Assembly (NCBI GenBank): GCA_030390025.1
Contig: CM059432.1
Coordinates: 10,540,001-10,604,000 of the forward strand
Direction: 5' to 3'
DNA length: 64,000 nucleotides
DNA from: Squalus acanthias
Taxonomy: Eukaryota
The notes beneath the pieces were generated by a model. It was not told the DNA's origin. It did not search any database and worked only from the letters and a program-made list of their open reading frames with translations. Position 1 is the stretch's first letter; each line of letters begins with the position of its first letter. Below are positions 38,179 to 52,334 of this stretch, in pieces. Position numbers and translations under genes: made by a program.

Positions 38179-38327
38179 AAAAGTAAAATACTGCGGATGC
38201 CGTAAACCTGAAATTTAAAAAAATGCTGGGAACACTCAGCAGGTCAGGCAGCATCTGTGGAAAGAGAGAGAGGGTTAACGATTCAGGTCGATGACCTTTC
38301 ATCAGTTCAGCATTTTCTGTTTTTATA
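38179..38327 (-). mobile_element. Short PLE family B pLTR insertion with 14-bp TSD
   Basis: Homologous to 58044-58180. The TSD is ATAGT(G/A)CAAAGTAT at 38165-38178 and 38328-38341. The hammerhead GAAA box is mutated to GAAU. Confidence 0.75.
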
Positions 38328-39059
38328 ATAGTACAAAGTATTCTGTGTTGTCAATGTGAGCTTGATGCATCGTAGATGTAGCGTACCGTGGCTGCAGTGT
38401 GTACCATCTACAAGATGCACTGCAGCAACTCACCAAGGCTTCTTCGGCAGCACCTCCCAAACCCGCGACCTCTTCCACCTAGTAGGACATGGGAACACCA
38501 CCACCTCCAGGTTCCCCTCCAAGTCACACATCATCCTGACTTAGAAGTATACCGCCGATCCTTCATCGTCGCTGGGTCAAAATCCTGGAACTCCCTCCCT
38601 AACAGCACTGTGGGAGTACCTTCACCACACGGACTGCAGCGGTTCAAGAAGGCTGCTCATCACCACCTTCTCAAGGGGCAACTAGGGATGGGCAATAAAT
38701 GCTGGCCTTGCCAGCAACGCCCAGATCCCATAAAACGAAAGACAGAAGCAACAAAGACCTAGATGTTTTTCTATAAAGTTGCCTTTGGTGACATATCACT
38801 CTTGCCTAGGTTAACAAAGACAGGGCCATAAATATCTGCACTTTTTAACTGTTTCCAGCTTTCCCTCTTTCCATTGCGGCTCAAAGCACTATCACTGTAT
38901 AGAGTCCACGTGTGGCCTGTGTCAGATATCCAAGGTGCCCTGCTATAATATGGACTGCAATATATTTTCCTTATTTCTTCACGCCAGTCCTGAACCGCAG
39001 GTTAAGATGTGTGTCCATGATGTAGGCTGAAAGATGGTGGCAGTGAGCTCATACAATTA

Positions 39060-40662
39060 CTGCTAATGTAACACCCTTATTTAAAAAGGGCAGTAGACAG
39101 AAGGCTGGTAACTATAGACCGGTTAGCCTAACATCTGTGGTAGGTAAAATTTTGGAGTCCATTATTAAGGAAACAGTAACAGGACATTTGGATAATCATA
39201 ATTTAATAGGACAAAGTCAGCATGGTTTTACGAAGGGGAAGTCATGTTTGACAAATTTGCTGGAGTTCTTTGAGGAAGTAACATATAGAGTGGATAAAGG
39301 GGAACCAGTGGACGTAGTGTATTTAGACTTCCAAAAGGCATTTGACAAGGTGCCACACAAAAGATTATTGCTTAAGGTAAAAAATCACGGGATTGGGGGT
39401 AATATTCTGGCATGGATAGAGGATTGGCTATCTAACAGAAAGCAAAGAGTTGGGATAAATGGTTCATTCTCAGACTGGCAATCAGTAACTAGTGGTGTTC
39501 CACAGGGGTCAGTGCTGGGTCCCCAACTCTTTACAATCTATATTAACGATTTGGAGGAAGGGACCAAGTGTAACATATCAAAATTTGCAGATGATACAAA
39601 GATGGGAGGGAAAGTAGTGAGTGAGGAGGACATAAAAAACCTGCAAGGGGACATAGACAGGCTAAGTAAGTGGGCAGAGATTTGGCAGATGGAATACAAC
39701 ACTGGAAAGTGTGAGGTGATGCACTTTGGCAGGAAAAATCCTAGAGCAATTTATTATCTTAATGGCAAGAAACTGGAGAGTACTGAAGTGCAAAGGGATC
39801 TGGGGGTCCTGGTGCACGAAACTCAAAAGGTTAGTATGCAGGTGCAGCAAGTGATTAAGAAGGCAAATGGAATGTTGGCTTTCATTGCTAGGGGGATAGA
39901 ATATAAAAATAGGGAGGTATTGCTTCAGTTGTACAAGGTATTGGTGAGACCGCACCTGGAATACTGCATACAGTTTTGGTGTCCTTACTTAAGGAAAGAC
40001 ATCCTTGCTCTCGAGGCAGTGCAAAAAAGGTTCACTCGGTTAATCCCGGGGATGAGGGGTGGTCATATGAGGAGAGGTTGGGTAGATTGGGACTCTACTC
40101 ATTGGAGTTCAGAAGAATGAGAGGCGATCTTATTGAAACATATAAGATTGTGAAGGGGTTGGATCGGGTGGATGCGGGGAGGATGTTCCCGATGACGGGT
40201 GAGACTAGAACTAGGGGACATAGTCTTAGAATAAGGGGCTGCTCTTTCAAAACTGAGATGAGGAGGAACTACTTCACTCAGAGGGTGGTAGGTCCATGGA
40301 ATATGCTGCCACAAAAAGCTGTAGAAGCTACATCATTAAATAAATTTAAAACAGAAATAGAAAGTTTCCTAGAAGTAAAGGGCATTAAGGGTTACGGGGA
40401 GCGGGCAGGAATTTGGACATGAGTCTAGGTTCGGATCGGTCATGGCCCTGTGGGTAGTCGAGCGGGCCCAGGGACCGTGTAGCCTGATTCTGCTCCTATT
40501 TCGTGTCTGCAATTCTGTTAGATGCAGGAGATGGTTCTGTGATAGATAGTAGATTGGCGGTTAGGATCAGATCAGCCATGATCTTATTGAATGGCGGAGC
40601 AGGCTCGAGAGGCCGATTGGCCTACTCCTGCTCCTATTTCTTATGTTCTTATGTTCTTATGT
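39060..40662 (+). mobile_element. Young CR1/HER1 subfamily copy (RT 3' half) with extended 3'UTR
   Basis: A 327-aa RT frame plus a 1-nt frameshift, ending in a (ttcttatg)n tail. Nearly identical to 20004-21690 and 18498-19006. Confidence 0.9.
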
Positions 40663-41539
40663 ACTAGTTGCTCACCAGAGCACTTAAACTCGCTTGTCAG
40701 TTCCCTAATGGCCAACTCGTGATTATTCTCCTTTCCCGGGAAGTCAATAAAGTTCAGGAGATGGCACGTCCCGTAATGGAAGATTGGAAATGAATCAATC
40801 CTGTGTGGCCAGCATTTATTGCCCGTCCCTAATCGTCCTCGAGAAGGTGGTGGTGAGCCGCCTTCTTGAACCGCTGCAGTCCGTGTGGTGAAGCGACTCC
40901 CACAGTGCTGTTAGGGAGATAGTTCCAGGATTTTGACCCAGCGACGATGAAGGAACGGCCGATAAACTTCCAAGTCAGGATGGTGTGTGACTTGGAGGGG
41001 AACTCGGAGGTGGTGGTGTTCCCATGCGCCTGCATTACTTACTTACTGCTGCAGAGCTGTATCGCTGCAGATATTCACCGCGTGGGGCTGACCACCAAAG
41101 TTGCCTTGTCACAACTGAAACGACTGGATGAAAGGATTTCATGATGACCAACACGGCATAAAAAGTGGAGAGGGGCATGGTCCTCATGATCCTCATTGTC
41201 CTGAGCATTAATGTCACAGTAACATTCCAAAACTCTTCAACTAAGTTTTGTCAAATAACTTGTGTTGAGCTCTCTCATTCACTGTCAGAATCTTTAAGAG
41301 CAAACATGGAAAAAAGGCTATGCTATATCCTTGCAAGTCCAGCAAGTATTTATTTGTCACTTTTGTCCAAGAGAACTCACAAGAAAATAAGAACATAAGA
41401 AATAGAAGCAGGAGTAGGCCATTCGGCCCTTCGAACCTGCTCCGCCATTCAATAAGATCATGGCTGATCTTCGACCTCATCTCCACTTTCCTGCACTTGC
41501 CCCATATCCCTTGATTCACTTGATATCCAAAAATCTAGC

Positions 41540-44500
41540 ATAGAAACATAGAAACATAGAAGATAGGAGCAGGAGTAAGCCATTCGGCCCCTCGAGCCTG
41601 CTCCGCCATTTAATGAGATCATGGCTGATCATCCAAATTCAGTACCCTGTCCCTGCTTTCTCCCCATATCCCTTGATCCCTTTAGCCTGAAGAAATATAT
41701 TCAACTCCTTCTTGAATATATTTAATAAATTGGCCTCAACTGCCTTGTGTGGTAGAGAATTCCACAGGTTCACCACTCTCTGGGTGAAGAAATTCCTCCT
41801 CATCTCAGTCCTAAATGGCTTACCCCTTATCCTTAGACTGTGACCCCTGGTTCTGGACTCCCCCGCCATCGGGAACATCCTTCCTGCATCTAGTCTGTCT
41901 AGTCCTGTTAGAATTTTATAAGTTTCAATGAGATACCCTCTCATTCTTCTAAACTTTAGCGAATATAAGCCTAATCGACCCAATCTCTCTTCATACGTCA
42001 TTCCTGCCATCCCAGGTATCAGTCTGGTGAATCTTCACTGCACTCCCTCCATGGCAAGAACATCCTTCCTCAGATAAGGTGACCAAAACTGCACACTATA
42101 CTCAAGGGGGAAAAAATTCAGTTGGTTGCGCCTCCCGTTAGTGCCTTAAGAGGGCGCTAATGGGGCGCAAAGCATCTAGCGCCCAGGCGCGGCGAAGTTT
42201 GCGCCGCTCGCGAAATTAACTAGACATTTTGCGGCGGCGCTAAACACTACTGTCACGATCTCCTGCGTCGGCAGATCATGACGTCACTCGAGTGTGCAAC
42301 GCCCCGGTATCGCCCCAGAGCGGATATTGAGTGGCGCCCCCTGCCTTACCGCCTGACGATAGCAACGACAGGTTGAGGGGAGCGTTCTGCAGTCATGAAG
42401 GGAAAGGGGGAGCGCTATTTAAAGGTGACCGCTTCCTGCCTTTTATTGTTGGTGCCATTTTTGAACTACGCATTCTGAGAGAGAGAGGGAGAGACTTCTG
42501 GAGAGATTCAACGTTGTGTGAAGGAGTTTTGGGTACTGAGCAGCACTTTGCAGGTTCATTTTGATTTGCCATTCCTTGTATCGATTTAGCAGAGACTGTG
42601 GGGGCTGCATTCTGAGCTCTTGGCCTGGTACTCTCCATTGTTCTTTCCAGCACATTTGATGTGCAGGTCTCTCCAGGCCGAGATTCAAGGCTGCAATGAG
42701 CAGGATGTGGATGGAAAGCAAGATTAACCATCCCCTTTAAGATCTGGCTCGTGCCATTGTGTGTGTGTTCCATTGCTGACTGACATTACATGAGCTTCGC
42801 CAGCGCTCTGAGGTAGCGCCTCGCTCCTCGGCCTTTGCGCCTTAAGACAGGTGTGAAGCGCCTGATATAGCGCTGCAATCACCTCCAGGGGCGATAAAAG
42901 TCAAGTTTGCAGTCGATGGCGATAATTAGCGCCAGGCGCTAATCTTTGCGCCTGGCCGATAATTGCGCCCCAAATGGGGCGATACTGAATTTCTCCCCCA
43001 AGGTGTGGCCTCACCAAGGCCCTGTACAACTGCAGCAAGACATCCTTGCTCCTGTACTCGAATCCTCTTGCTATGAAGACCAACATACCATTTGCCTTCT
43101 TAACCGCCTGCTGCACCTGCATGCTTACCTTCAGCGATTGGTGCACAAAGACACCCAGGTCACGTTGCACTTCCCCTTTTCCCAATCTATTGCCGTTCAG
43201 ATAATAATCTGTCTTCCTGTTTTTGCCACCGAAGTGGATAACCTCGCATTTATCCACAGTAAACTGCATTTGCCATTCATCTGTCCAATCACCCAACCTG
43301 TCCAACTCATACTGGAGTTCCTCTGCATCATTCTCACAGCACACACGCCCACCCAGCTTTGTGTCATCTGCAAACTTGGAGATATTACATCTAGTTCCCT
43401 TATCTAGATCGTTTATATATATTGTGAATAGCTGGGGTCCTAGCACCGATCCCTGCGGTACCCCACTAGTCACTGCCTGCCACTCGGAAAAAGACCCGTT
43501 TATTCCAACTCTTTGCTTCCTGTCTGCCAACCAGTTCTCTATGCAACACAGTACCTTACCCCCAATCCCGTGTGCTTTAACTTTGCACGCTAATCTCTTA
43601 TGCGGGACTTTATCGAAAGCCTTCTGAAAGTCCAAATACACCACATCCACTGGTTCTCCCTTATCTATTCTACCAGTTACATCCTCAAAAAATTCCAGTC
43701 AATTAGTCAAGCATGATTTACCTTTTGTAAATCCATGTTAACTTTATCCGATCCTGTCACTGTTTTCCAAGTGCTCTGCTATTGCATCTTTTATCATGGA
43801 CTCTAGCATTTTCCCCACTACCGATGTCAGGCTTACCGGTCTATAATTCCCCGTTTTCTCTCTACCACCTTTTTTAAATAGTGGGGTTACATTAGCTACC
43901 CTCCAATCCATGGGAACTGTTCCAGAGTCCATAGAATTTTGGAAGATGACCAGCAATGCATCTATTATTTCTAGGGCCACTTCCTTAAGTACCCTAGGAT
44001 GTAGATTATCAGGCCCTGGGGATTTATCGGCCTTCAGTCCCATCAATTTCCCTAACACCATTCCCCTACAAATACTGATTTCTTTCAGTTCCTCCCTCTC
44101 ATTAGACCCTATGTTCCCCGACATCTCTGGGAGGTTATTTGTGTCCTCCTTTGTGAAGACAGAACCAAAGTATGTATTTAATTGGTCTGCCATTTCTTTG
44201 TTCCCCATTATAAATTCCCCTGATTCTGACTGCAAGGGACCTACGCTTGACTTCACCAATCTTTTTCTCTTCACATATCTATAGAAGCTTTTACAGTCAG
44301 TTTTTATGTTCCCTGCAAGCTTACTCTCATAATCTATTTTCCCCCCTCTTAATTAATCCCTTTGACCTCCTTTGCTGAATCCTATACTGTTCCCAATCCT
44401 CAGGTTTGCTGCTTTTTCTGGCCAAATTATATGTCCTCTCCTTGAATCTTATGCTATCCCTAATTTCCCTTGTTAGTCACGGTTGAGTCACCTTTTTTGT

Positions 44501-45125
44501 TTTATTCTTATGCCAAAGAGGGATGAACAAATTCTGTAGCTCATCCATGCGATCTTTAAATGTTTGCCATTGCCTATCCACCGTCAACCCTTTAAGTAAC
44601 GTTCCCCAATCCATCCTAGCCAACTCGTGCCTCATACCATCATAGTTTCCTTTATTTAAATTCAGGACCCTAGTCTCTGAGTCAACTACTTCACTCTCCA
44701 TTTTAAAGAAGAATTCTATCATATTATGATCACTCCTCCCCAAGGGGCCTCGCACAACAAGATTGCTAATTAATCCTTTCGCATTGCATAATACCCAGTC
44801 TAAGATGGCCTGATCTCTAGTTGGTTCCTCGACATATTGGTCCAGGAAACCATCCCGTATACACTCTAGGAATTTCTCCTCCACAGTATTGTTACTAATT
44901 TGGTTAGCCCAATCTATATGTAGATTAAAGTCACCCATGATAACTGCTGTGCCCTTATTGCACGCGTCTCTAATTTCCCGTTTAATGCCATCCCCAACCT
45001 CAGCATTACTGTTTGGGGGTCTGTATACAACTCCCACTAACGTTTTCTGCCCCTTGGTATTTCTCAGCTCTGCCCATACAGATTCCACATCATCAGAGCT
45101 AATATCCTTCCTTACTATTGTGTTA
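41540..45125 (-). mobile_element. Long HER1/CR1 LINE (APE endonuclease plus RT), frameshifted, interrupted by a MITE and nested in another CR1 (41391-41538 and 45126-45390)
   Basis: Contains GVVYRPP, MGDFN, SDHN, KSPGPD, NYRPVSLTS, DFQKAFDKVPH, GVPQGSVLGP, FADDTK and a (tctatgtt)n tail. Confidence 0.9.
42107..42999. mobile_element. Non-autonomous Harbinger-like DNA transposon, copy 2 (893 bp)
   Basis: TIRs GGGGAAAAAATTCAGT...ACTGAATTTCTCCCCC with a 3-bp TSD AAG (42104-42106 and 43000-43002). It splits a CR1 RT region. Confidence 0.85.
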
Positions 45126-46065
45126 ATCTCCTGTCTCTGTCTTGAATATACTCAACGACTGAGCCTCCACAACCCTCCGGAGTAGAGAATTCCAAAGATT
45201 CACCACCCACTGAGTGAAGAAATTCCTCCTCATCTCAGTCCTAAATGGCCAACCCCTTATTCTGAGACTGTGACCCCCTGGTTCTAGACTCCCCAGCCAG
45301 GGGAAACATCCTCCCAGCATCTACCCTGTCAAGCCCTGTAAGAATTTTATATGTTTCAATGAGATTACCTCTCATTCTTCTAAACTCTTCCAGTCTAAGA
45401 ATAAACATGGACCCCCCAGCCCCTCATCCCGACCTCTCCAGTTCATTTGAAAAGGGACATCTCAGCAGAACACTGAGCAATACCTTTTTACTGGCCGTAC
45501 TTTTGGCTGTACATTAGTCTAGAAATTTTTGCTGTTAAATAATGTGTTCATGGGACGAATTATGTAAAAACGGAGCCAAATAACTGGAGTCGAGTTCAGG
45601 AACTGGCTGGCTTCCCGCCCACTCCCTACATAAATTCCTGGCCTGGTTGCCTGGCAGAGATGTGTTCTCTCCTGCAGAGCGAGCAAGCGCTTCATGATGA
45701 AGTTTTGTTCTGAGTACATGAGGATCAAGTCAAATTCTATTTTTCTCACAGGGACGCAGTTCCCCATTTAGAATTGGCATTAGAGGCCAGAAAGGTTCTT
45801 GCCTTTTGGGATGGGGTCACTTAAAGCTACACTGCTGAGTTACTCTTGCTGCCTTTCATTCACAGGTTGTGGGGATTGCATTCAGTAATCCCCTCTCATA
45901 GGATTTCATGGAGAAGCAATGAGAACGAGGAGGAATGCCAAGGATATCAGACGGCACCAGAGGTGACAGGTCAAACCCAACATAATGCCGCCGACCATAT
46001 CAACCATGCATGTATGAGGTCATCCACTTTGGACCAAAAAAAAGGAATAGATCAGATAACAGTAC

Positions 46066-47585
46066 AAGAGTTGTAAGAGGAGGGGTGGGGCCGATTAGGG
46101 ACCAAAATGGAGATCTATTGGTGGAGGCAGAAGGCATGGCTGAGGTACTAAATGAATACTTTGCATCGGTGTTTGCCAAGGAAGAGGACTTTGCCAAAGC
46201 TACGGTAAACGAGAAGGCTGCTGGGATACTGGATGAGATAAAAATAGATAAAGAGGAGGTTCTAGAAAGGCTGGCGGTACTTAAAGTGCATAAGTCACCT
46301 GGTCGGATGGGATGCATCCTAGGTTGCTTAGGGAAGTAAGGGTAGAAATTGGGGAGGTGCTGGCCACAATCTTCCAATCCTCCTTCGATATAGGGGTGGT
46401 GCCAAAGGACTGGTGGGTTGCAAATGTTACACCCTTGTTCAAAAAAGGGGAGAAGGTTAAACTTGGCAATTACAGGCCGGTCAGTTTAACATCGGTGGCG
46501 GGGAAGCTTTTAGAAATGATCAGCCATGATCTTATTGAATGGTGGAGCTGGCTCGAGGGGTCATATGGCCTACTCCTGCTCTTATTTATTATGTTCTTAA
46601 ATACCAATCCGGGAGAAAATTAACAGCCACTTGAAGAAGCATAGACTAATAAAGGAGAGCCAGCACGGATTTGTTAAGGGCAAATTGTGTTTGACTAACT
46701 TGGTTGAGCTTTTTGATGAGGGAACAGAGAGGGTGGATGAGGGCAGTGCAGTTGATGTTGTGTATATGGACTTTCAAAAGGCGTTGGATAAAGTACCACA
46801 AACTAGGCTTGTTAGCAAAATTGAAACCCATGGGATAAAAGGAGCAGTAGCAGCCGGGATACAAAATTGGACAAGGGATAGAAAACAGAGAGTTGTGAAT
46901 GGCTGTTTTTCGGACTGGAGGGAGGTATACAGTGGAGTTACCCAAGGTTCAGTACTAGGACCACTGCTGTTTTTCATATACATCAATGACTTGAACTTGG
47001 GGGCACAGGGCACAATTTGAGAATTTGCAGATGGCACGAAACTTGGAAGTGTAGTAAAACAGTGAGGAGGATAGTGATAGACCTTAAGAGAACATAGACA
47101 GGCTGGTGGAATGGGCGGACACATGGCAGATGAAATTCAGCGCAGAGATGTGTGAGGTGATACATTTTGGTCGGAAGAATGAGAGCGACCATACACAATA
47201 AATGGCACAATTTTGAAGCGGGTGCAAGAACAGAGAGACCTGGGAGTGTTTGGGCAGAAATCTCTGAAGGTGGCAGGACAGGTTAACAAAGTAGTTAATG
47301 AAGCAGGTGGGCTTTATAAATAGAGGCATAGAATACAAAAGACAGGAAGTTATGCTAAACCCGTATAAAACACTAGTTCGGCCCCAGCTGGAGTATTGTG
47401 TCCAATTCTGGGCACCACACTTTAGGAAGCACGTGAAGGCTTTCGAGAGGATACAGAAGAGATTTACTAGAATGGTTGCAGGGATGAGGGATTACAGTTA
47501 TGTGGATAGACTGGAGAAGCTGGGGTTGTTCACTTTGGAGCAGAGAAGGCTAAGAGGAGATTTGATGGAGATGTTTAAAATCACT
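46066..47585 (+). mobile_element. CR1 LINE decayed fragment
   Basis: Same family and RT motifs as 52335-54502. Confidence 0.85.
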
Positions 47586-47656
47586 TTGGGATGTCCTGAG
47601 CTCGGGAAAGGTGCTATAGAAATGCAAGTCTTTCTTCCTTTCTTTTTTAACGAGAT

Positions 47657-48113
47657 GGGCCCCAATATTTACGGGGAGGTGGGGAGGGAGCGGGGGTGGG
47701 GAGGAAGGGTTGTAGCGGCCAGGAAACCTGGAAATGCGGGTAATGGGGCGGCCCTGCCAAATATAACAGCAGGACCTTCTTCAAAAATTTTTTCACTCTG
47801 TTTCCCGGCCGGCAGCCGACCAGATTGAGAGGCTGATTGGCTATTCGGGCGGGAAGGCCTGCGCTCGTAGGCCGCAGCCGGGGAGTGGAGAGGAGGGCGT
47901 GAGGGGAAGGTCGTGGGGAGGCCGGGGAGAGATCGTGCAGGTCATGGAGGGATCGTGGGGAGATCGTGGAGGTTGGGGCGAGATCGCGGAGGTCGTGGCG
48001 AAGATCACGGAGGTCGTGGAAAGGTTGTGGAGGTCGTGGGGGAGGTCGTGGAGGTCATCATTCATTTTTCAGGCTCCTGTGGTTCTTAGTAGACCTAGTA
48101 AACGGGCTGGTCC
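47657..48113. mobile_element. Probable MITE (Harbinger-like) with internal ~10-bp ggaggtcgtg/gagatcgtg tandem array
   Basis: GC-rich block starting gggccccaatatttac and ending gtaaacgggctggtcc (weak TIR). Tandem units lie at about 47905-48055. Confidence 0.4.
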
Positions 48114-48629
48114 ATCTTTACGCTACATTTTTTAGATTAATCATGTCTTGCTATAGTCTTATGGTCACCTCGTCGATTTAAAAATCAGCTGGCTGGGCTC
48201 AATATCAAAGTTTTGGCAAATGTTATATTGCAGCCTTAATCAGGTAATGTTTGGCCAAGCTCTGTCCTGATGCGGTGGTGCAACATTAAGGGAACAGAGA
48301 AAAAGGATCAGACATCATTATATTCCCATAAAAAAGAAATGAACAGCCGTTTGTAAATCCCTGCCCCACTCCTGTTGTTTACAAAGGCTTTGTTTAAAAG
48401 TGTAATTGTGATTTACAGCCTGGAGGTTCTGTTTAATCGTCTGTCCATGTTTCACGGACGTCATAGAACGTTAATCAGGGTCTGCGTCTGCCGTGGAGGA
48501 ACTGGACTCGGAGTACTATTTGCAGCGGGTGATTTGTTTGCTAATTCCGTACCGGTGGAGATTTCCTGTTGATTATCAGAGACCAGAGCAGATCTTAGCC
48601 AGTGTTGATTCTGCAAAATGAATACGGGA

Positions 48630-49052
48630 TTGATTCCTGGGTTGAGAAGGATGTCCGATGAGGAGAGATTAGTAGAATGGGTCTGTATTCTCTGGTGTTC
48701 AGAAGAATGAGAGGTGAAACGTATAAAATTATTAGAAGGCTTGACAGAGTGGATGCTAAGAGGATGCTTCCTCTGGCTGGAGAGTTTAGACGAGGGGGCC
48801 ATAGTCTCAGGATAAGGGGTTGGCCGTTTAAGACTGAGATCAGAAGAAATTTCTTCACTCAGAGGGCTGCGGCTGCTCTGTCATTGAGTGTATTCAAGGC
48901 TGAGATCGATAGATTTTTGGACACTAAGGAAATCAAGGGATTGGGCGGGAAAGTGGAGTGGAGGTCAAAGATCAGCCATAATCTTATTGAATAGTGGAGC
49001 AGGCTCGAGGGGCCGTATGTGGCCTACTCCTGCTCCTAATTCTTATGTTCTT
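48630..49052 (+). mobile_element. CR1 3' fragment
   Basis: Contains GLYSL.FRRMRG and GHSLRIRG, with a tail. Confidence 0.8.
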
Positions 49053-49209
49053 ATATTGGTTAGTGAACAGTTTGCTAACATTTGAATTCCCTCAATGGTT
49101 CAGTTAGTAAATTTACTGCCCAGTGTGGGAATAGACCACACAGACTGGGAAAATCTTTTGTTCAATTTTTTTTTTTATTCGTTCACGGGATGCGGGCGGT
49201 GCTGGCAAC

Positions 49210-50582
49210 CTAGGAACAGGAGGAGGCCATTCAGCCCCTCGAGCCTGTTCCGTCATTCAATGAGATCATGGCTGATCTGCGACCTAACTCCATGTACCCG
49301 CCTTTGGCCCATATCCCTTAATACCCTTGATTCACAAAAAGCTATCAATCTCAGATTTAAAATTAACAATTGATCTAGCATCAATTGCCGTTTGCGGTAG
49401 AAAGCTCCAAACTTCTCCCACACTTTGTGTGTAGAAGTGTTTCCTAATTTCACTCCTGAAAGGTCTGGCTCTAATTTTTAGACTATGCCCCCTAGTCCTA
49501 GAATCCCCAACCAGCGGAAATAGTTTCTCTCTGTCTACCCTATCTGTTCCCCTTAATATCTTGAAAACTTCGATCAGATCACCCCTTAACCTTCAAAATT
49601 CTAGGGAATACAACCCGAATTTGTGTAATCTCTCCTCGTAACTTAACCCTTGAAGTCCAGGTATCATTCTGGTAAACCTACGCTGCACTCCCTCCAAGGC
49701 CGGTATATCCTTCCGATGGTGTGGTGCCCAGAACTGCTCCCAGTACTCCAGGTGTGGTCTAACCAGGGTTTTGTACAGCTGCAGCATAACTTCTACCCCC
49801 TTGTATTCTAGTCCTCTAGATATAAAGGCCAGCATCCCATTAGCCTTTTTGATTATTTTCTGTACCTGTTCATGACATTTTAATGATCTATGTACCTGAA
49901 CCCCCAAGTCTCTTTGGACCTCCGCTGTTTTTAACTTTTTACCATTTAGAAAGTACCCTGTTATATCTTATTTAGGTCCAAAGTGGATGACCTCACTTTT
50001 GCTTACATTGAAATCCATTTGCCATAGTTTTGCCCATTCACTTAATCTATCAATATCCCTTTGTTAATTTTATGCTTTCATCTACACTGCCTACAATGTC
50101 GCCTATCTTTGTGTCATCGGCAAATTTGGATATATGACTTTCTATGCCATCACCTTAGTCGTTAATAAATATTGTGAATAGTTGAGGCCACAACACAGAT
50201 CCCTGCGGTACACCACTAGTCACCTCCTGCCAATTTGAGTACCTGCCCATTATCCCTACTCTCTGTGTCCTGCCGCTCAGCCAATTTCTTAACCAGGTCA
50301 ATAATTTGCCCTCAATTCCGTGGGCTTCTACCTTAGTTAACAGCCTCTTATGTGGGACTTTATCAAATGCCTTCTGGAAGTCTATGTAAATAACATCCAT
50401 AGACATTCCCCTGTCCACTACTTTAGTCACCTCTTCAATAAATTCAATCAGGTTCGTCAGGGCATGACCTGCCTTTCACAAATCCATGCTGGCTCTCTCT
50501 GATCAGCTGAAAATTTTCGAGGTGTTCAGTCACCCCATCCTTAATTATAGACTCTAGCAATTTACCCACAACAGATGTTAGG
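49210..50582 (-). mobile_element. CR1 LINE fragment (same subfamily at 59060-59856 +)
   Basis: Contains DFQKAFDKVPH, GVPQGSVL and KANGMLAFISRG. Confidence 0.85.
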
Positions 50583-52334
50583 CAAGGCCGGCATTATATT
50601 GACCATCCATAACTGCCCTTGAGAAGGTGGTGGTGAGCCGCCTTCTTCAACCGCTGCAATCCTTGTGGTGAAGGTACTCCCACAGTGCTGACTTTGTCGT
50701 AGCGGTTTGGTACAAACTGAGAGTCTTGCTAGGCCATTTCAGAGGGCAGTTAAGAGTCAACCACATTGCTGTGGGTCTGGAGTCACATGTAGGCCAGACC
50801 GGGTAAGGACGGCAGATTTCCTTCCCTAAAGGGCATCAGTGAACCAGTTGGGTTTTTCCAATAATCCAGTAGTTTCACGGTCACCATTACTGATACTAGC
50901 TTTTTTTAAATTCCAAATTTAACTGAATTTAAATTCCCCCAGCTGCCGCGGTGGGATTATGAACTCACATCTCCGCATTATTAGCCCAGGCCTCTGGATT
51001 ACTAGTTCAGTAACATAACCACTATGATATGGGCTATACCCCATGATAATGCCTGGACTATGCTGATTGTACCAATGGTAACAACGGTCTTAATTCATTT
51101 TTTTTGGGGGTGGTGGGGAGGTGGAAATAAGCTGGGGTTCCTGTTTCTGAATGCTAATCAATGACTTTCTGCTGTGAAGTGTACATGTGTGATCATCGGG
51201 TGAGAATGAATCAGCCTCAGCTGCAATGCACCCTCGTAGATGAAGAGATCTCACACCCTTCAGTGGCGCCATGAAAATCTTCAAAGCGACTTCCAAGATC
51301 GGCGGAAACGGCCACGCTACTGCAGGAGATCAAAGGCAGGGCCGTGCAAATTCCCACCCTTGTGTTCAACCAAAATTTCATCTGCACTTTCAATAGGATG
51401 AAATACATTCTTTACTCAGAGCGTGGTGAGAATGAGGGACTCGCTACCACAGGGAGTGGTTGAGGCGAATGGCACAGATGCATTTAAGAGGAAGCTAGAT
51501 AAACACATGAGGGAGAAAGGAATGGAAGGATCTGTTACAAAGTATTAGAAGAAAGAAAGAAAGACTTGCATTTATATAGCACCTTTCACGACCACCGGAC
51601 GTCTCAAAGCGCTTTACAGCCAATTAAATACTTTTGAAGTGTAGTCACTGTTGTAATGTGGGAAACGCGGCAGCCAATTTGTGCACAGCAAGCTCCCACA
51701 AACAGCAATGTGATAATGGCCCGATAATCTGTTTTTGTTATGTTGGTTGAGGGATAAATATTGGCCCCAGGACACCAGGGATAATTCCCTGCTCTGCTAC
51801 GAAATAGTGCCATGAGGATCTTTTACATCCACCTGAGAGAGCAGATAGGGCTGCGGTTTAACATCTCATCCGAAAGACAGCACCTCCAACAGTGCAGCAC
51901 TCCCCTGGAGTGTCAGCCCTAGATTTTTGTGCTCAAGTCCCTGGAGTGGGACTTTGAACCCACAACCTTCTGACTCAGAAGCGAGGGTGCTACCGACTGA
52001 GCCACAGCTGACACTACAACGTATTTACAGCACAGAAACAGGCCATTCAGCCCAACGGGTCTATGCTGGTGTTTATGCTGCACACGAGCCTCCTCCCACC
52101 CTACTTCATCTCACCCCATCGATGGACTTAGTTGAAGAAGGGTGGGAGGAGGCTCGTGTGGAGCATAAACACCGCAGTGCATGGACACGAGTTCCACATT
52201 CTAACCACTCTCTGGGTAAAGACATTTCTCCTGCATTCCCTATTGGATTTATTAGTGACTATCTTATATTTATGGCCCCTAGTTTTGGACTCCCCCACAA
52301 GCGGAACCACTTTTCTACGTCTACCCTATCGAAT

